Both the position numbers and the translations under genes were made by a program. DNA of 16,254 nucleotides, taken from positions 1 to 16,254 of the forward strand of contig JBJEXX010000057.1 in the NCBI GenBank assembly GCA_051886215.1, written 5' to 3'. Below the pieces are notes generated by a model. That model had not been told where the DNA came from. It ran no database searches and saw nothing but the letters and a program-made list of their open reading frames with translations. The stretch is from Bacilli bacterium. Its GTDB lineage: Bacteria; Bacillota_I; Bacilli_A; RF39; UBA660. Below, piece after piece: positions 14,940 to 16,254 of this stretch. Every line of letters starts with the position of its first letter. Position 1 is the first letter of the stretch.

Positions 14940-14949
14940 ATTTTTATAA

Positions 14950-15025
14950 TGGTGTCCCCTTAGGGATTCGAACCCTAGACCCACTGATTAAGAGTCAGTT
15001 GCTCTACCAACTGAGCTAAGGAGAC
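14950..15025 (-). tRNA. tRNA-Lys (anticodon CUU)
   Basis: The reverse complement folds as GTCTCCT-TA-GCTC-AGTTGGTA-GAGC-A-ACTGA-CTCTTAA-TCAGT-GGGTC-TAGGG-TTCGAAT-CCCTA-AGGGGAC-A-CCA. Confidence 0.9.
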
Positions 15026-15100
15026 AATTTGTTATTACAGATGATATTGTAACATAATTTTTTTCTTTTTGGTATATTTTTTGCTAAATTTGTTTAATAA

Positions 15101-15129
15101 TTTTACAAAATTATAGTTTTTTAGTATAA
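15101..15129 (+). promoter_or_regulatory. mnmA promoter
   Basis: TTTACA (15101-15106), 17-nt spacer, TATAAT (15124-15129). Confidence 0.6.
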
Positions 15130-15147
15130 TTGTCGGTGGTGAGACAT

Positions 15148-16254
15148 ATGAAAAAAGTTGTTATTGGTATGAGTGGTGGAGTAGATTCATCAGTTGCGGC
15201 TATACTTTTAAAAAAGCAAGGCTATGAAGTTATTGGACTTTTTATGAGAAATTGGGATAGTTTTGTTAATAATGATATTGAGGGAAATCCTAATTTGGGA
15301 AATAATATTTGTCCACAAGAGCAAGATTATAATGATGCTTTAGAAGTATGCAATAAAATAGGTATTCCATTACATAGAATAGATTTTATAAAAGAATATT
15401 GGGATAATGTATTTACTTACTTTTTGGATGAATTAAAAAAAGGAAGAACTCCTAATCCTGATATTATGTGCAACAAATATATTAAATTTGATTATTTTGT
15501 CAGAGAAGCAAAAAGATTGGGTGCCGATTATATTGCGACAGGTCATTATGCAAAAATAGAAAATGGTCGTCTTATGAGAAGTCATGATAAAAATAAAGAT
15601 CAAACTTATTTCTTATCACAATTATCTGAAAAACAACTTGAAAATGTTTTGTTTCCACTTGGTGACATAGATAAACCTGAAGTAAGAAAAATTGCTTTAG
15701 AATATGATTTAATTACTGCTAAAAAGAAAGATTCAACAGGTATTTGCTTTATAGGTGAGAGAAATTTTAAAGGATTTTTAAAAAATTATTTACCTAGTCA
15801 AAAAGGAAAGATTATTGATATTGATACAAATGAAGAATTAGGTACACATATAGGATTAATGTATTATACAATTGGTCAAAGAAGAGGACTTGAAGTAGGG
15901 GGAACTAAAGATAAGTTATTTGTTGTAGGTAAAGATTTAAATAAAAATATTTTATATGTTGCTGAAGGAGAAGATAATAAATATCTTTATTCTAATAGTT
16001 GTATAGTAGAAGATGTTAATTTCAATTGTGCTGAACGCCCTACAAAATGTACAGCAAAATTTAGATATCGTGCAGTTGATTATCCAATAGAAATTAAATA
16101 TTTAGAGGATGGTAATTTACTGGTGAGTTATGATAGTATTAAAGCAGTAACTCCAGGACAAGCATGTGTTTTTTATGATGGTGAATATTGTTTAGGTGGG
16201 GGTATTATTAAAGAAGTTAGAAAAAATAATAAAAAATTGTGGTATTTATTATAG
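15148..16254 (+). CDS. mnmA: tRNA-specific 2-thiouridylase MnmA
   Basis: Start trimmed to ATG 15148, with RBS GGTGGTGAG upstream. Motifs are the PP-loop [22 protein letters not shown] and DQTYFL, with a catalytic Cys in GICFIGE. Stop TAG lies at 16252-16254. Confidence 0.93.
   Translation: MKKVVIGMSGGVDSSVAAILLKKQGYEVIGLFMRNWDSFVNNDIEGNPNLGNNICPQEQDYNDALEVCNKIGIPLHRIDFIKEYWDNVFTYFLDELKKGRTPNPDIMCNKYIKFDYFVREAKRLGADYIATGHYAKIENGRLMRSHDKNKDQTYFLSQLSEKQLENVLFPLGDIDKPEVRKIALEYDLITAKKKDSTGICFIGERNFKGFLKNYLPSQKGKIIDIDTNEELGTHIGLMYYTIGQRRGLEVGGTKDKLFVVGKDLNKNILYVAEGEDNKYLYSNSCIVEDVNFNCAERPTKCTAKFRYRAVDYPIEIKYLEDGNLLVSYDSIKAVTPGQACVFYDGEYCLGGGIIKEVRKNNKKLWYLL

Noticed and set aside
1-16254. Mollicutes-type genetic code (TGA = Trp), suggested by the extreme AT-richness
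   Set aside because: All conserved genes are intact under the standard code, TGA terminates the ATPase ORF at 11154-11156, and murD is present.
1-16254. CRISPR arrays, IS elements, prophage structural genes and toxin-antitoxin pairs
   Set aside because: There are no regularly spaced direct repeats, no terminal inverted repeats flanking an ORF, and no small overlapping gene pairs with recognisable toxin or antitoxin motifs.

Overview
Very AT-rich chromosomal segment, by eye roughly 25-30% GC. It looks like a low-GC Gram-positive (Bacillota-like) organism: it has a T-box leader, TGnTATAAT extended -10 promoters, strong GGAGG-type RBSs and murD. The genetic code is standard, since TGA, TAG and TAA all terminate good ORFs. 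The housekeeping backbone is typA/bipA, an isolated murD, a T-box(GAA)-controlled gltX, a cyclophilin-type lipoprotein, mnmA, and three single tRNA genes (Glu-CUC, Gln-CUG, Lys-CUU). The accessory content has three parts. First, an overlapping tandem pair of coiled-coil paralogs of unknown function (119-1451). Second, a tandem pair of cytoplasmic EEP-superfamily (DNase I-like) nuclease/phosphatase paralogs (7507-9063, minus strand). Third, transcribed divergently from the EEP pair, a tightly coupled three-gene operon (about 9189-12930), which is the most interesting part of the window. Its first gene encodes a P-loop AAA+ ATPase of the MoxR/AAA_5 style with an unusual N-terminal domain. Its second is a 129-aa ORF that looks like a P-loop-less copy of the ATPase's Walker B-to-sensor-1 segment. 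Its third fuses an HExxH metallopeptidase, a low-complexity linker and a vWA (MIDAS) domain. No client enzyme is nearby, the 5' end of the ATPase gene carries an in-frame TAG, and tRNA genes follow immediately. I read this as a candidate uncharacterised NTP-dependent conflict/defence module, possibly partly decayed. All family assignments rest on motifs read by eye, because no database search was possible.
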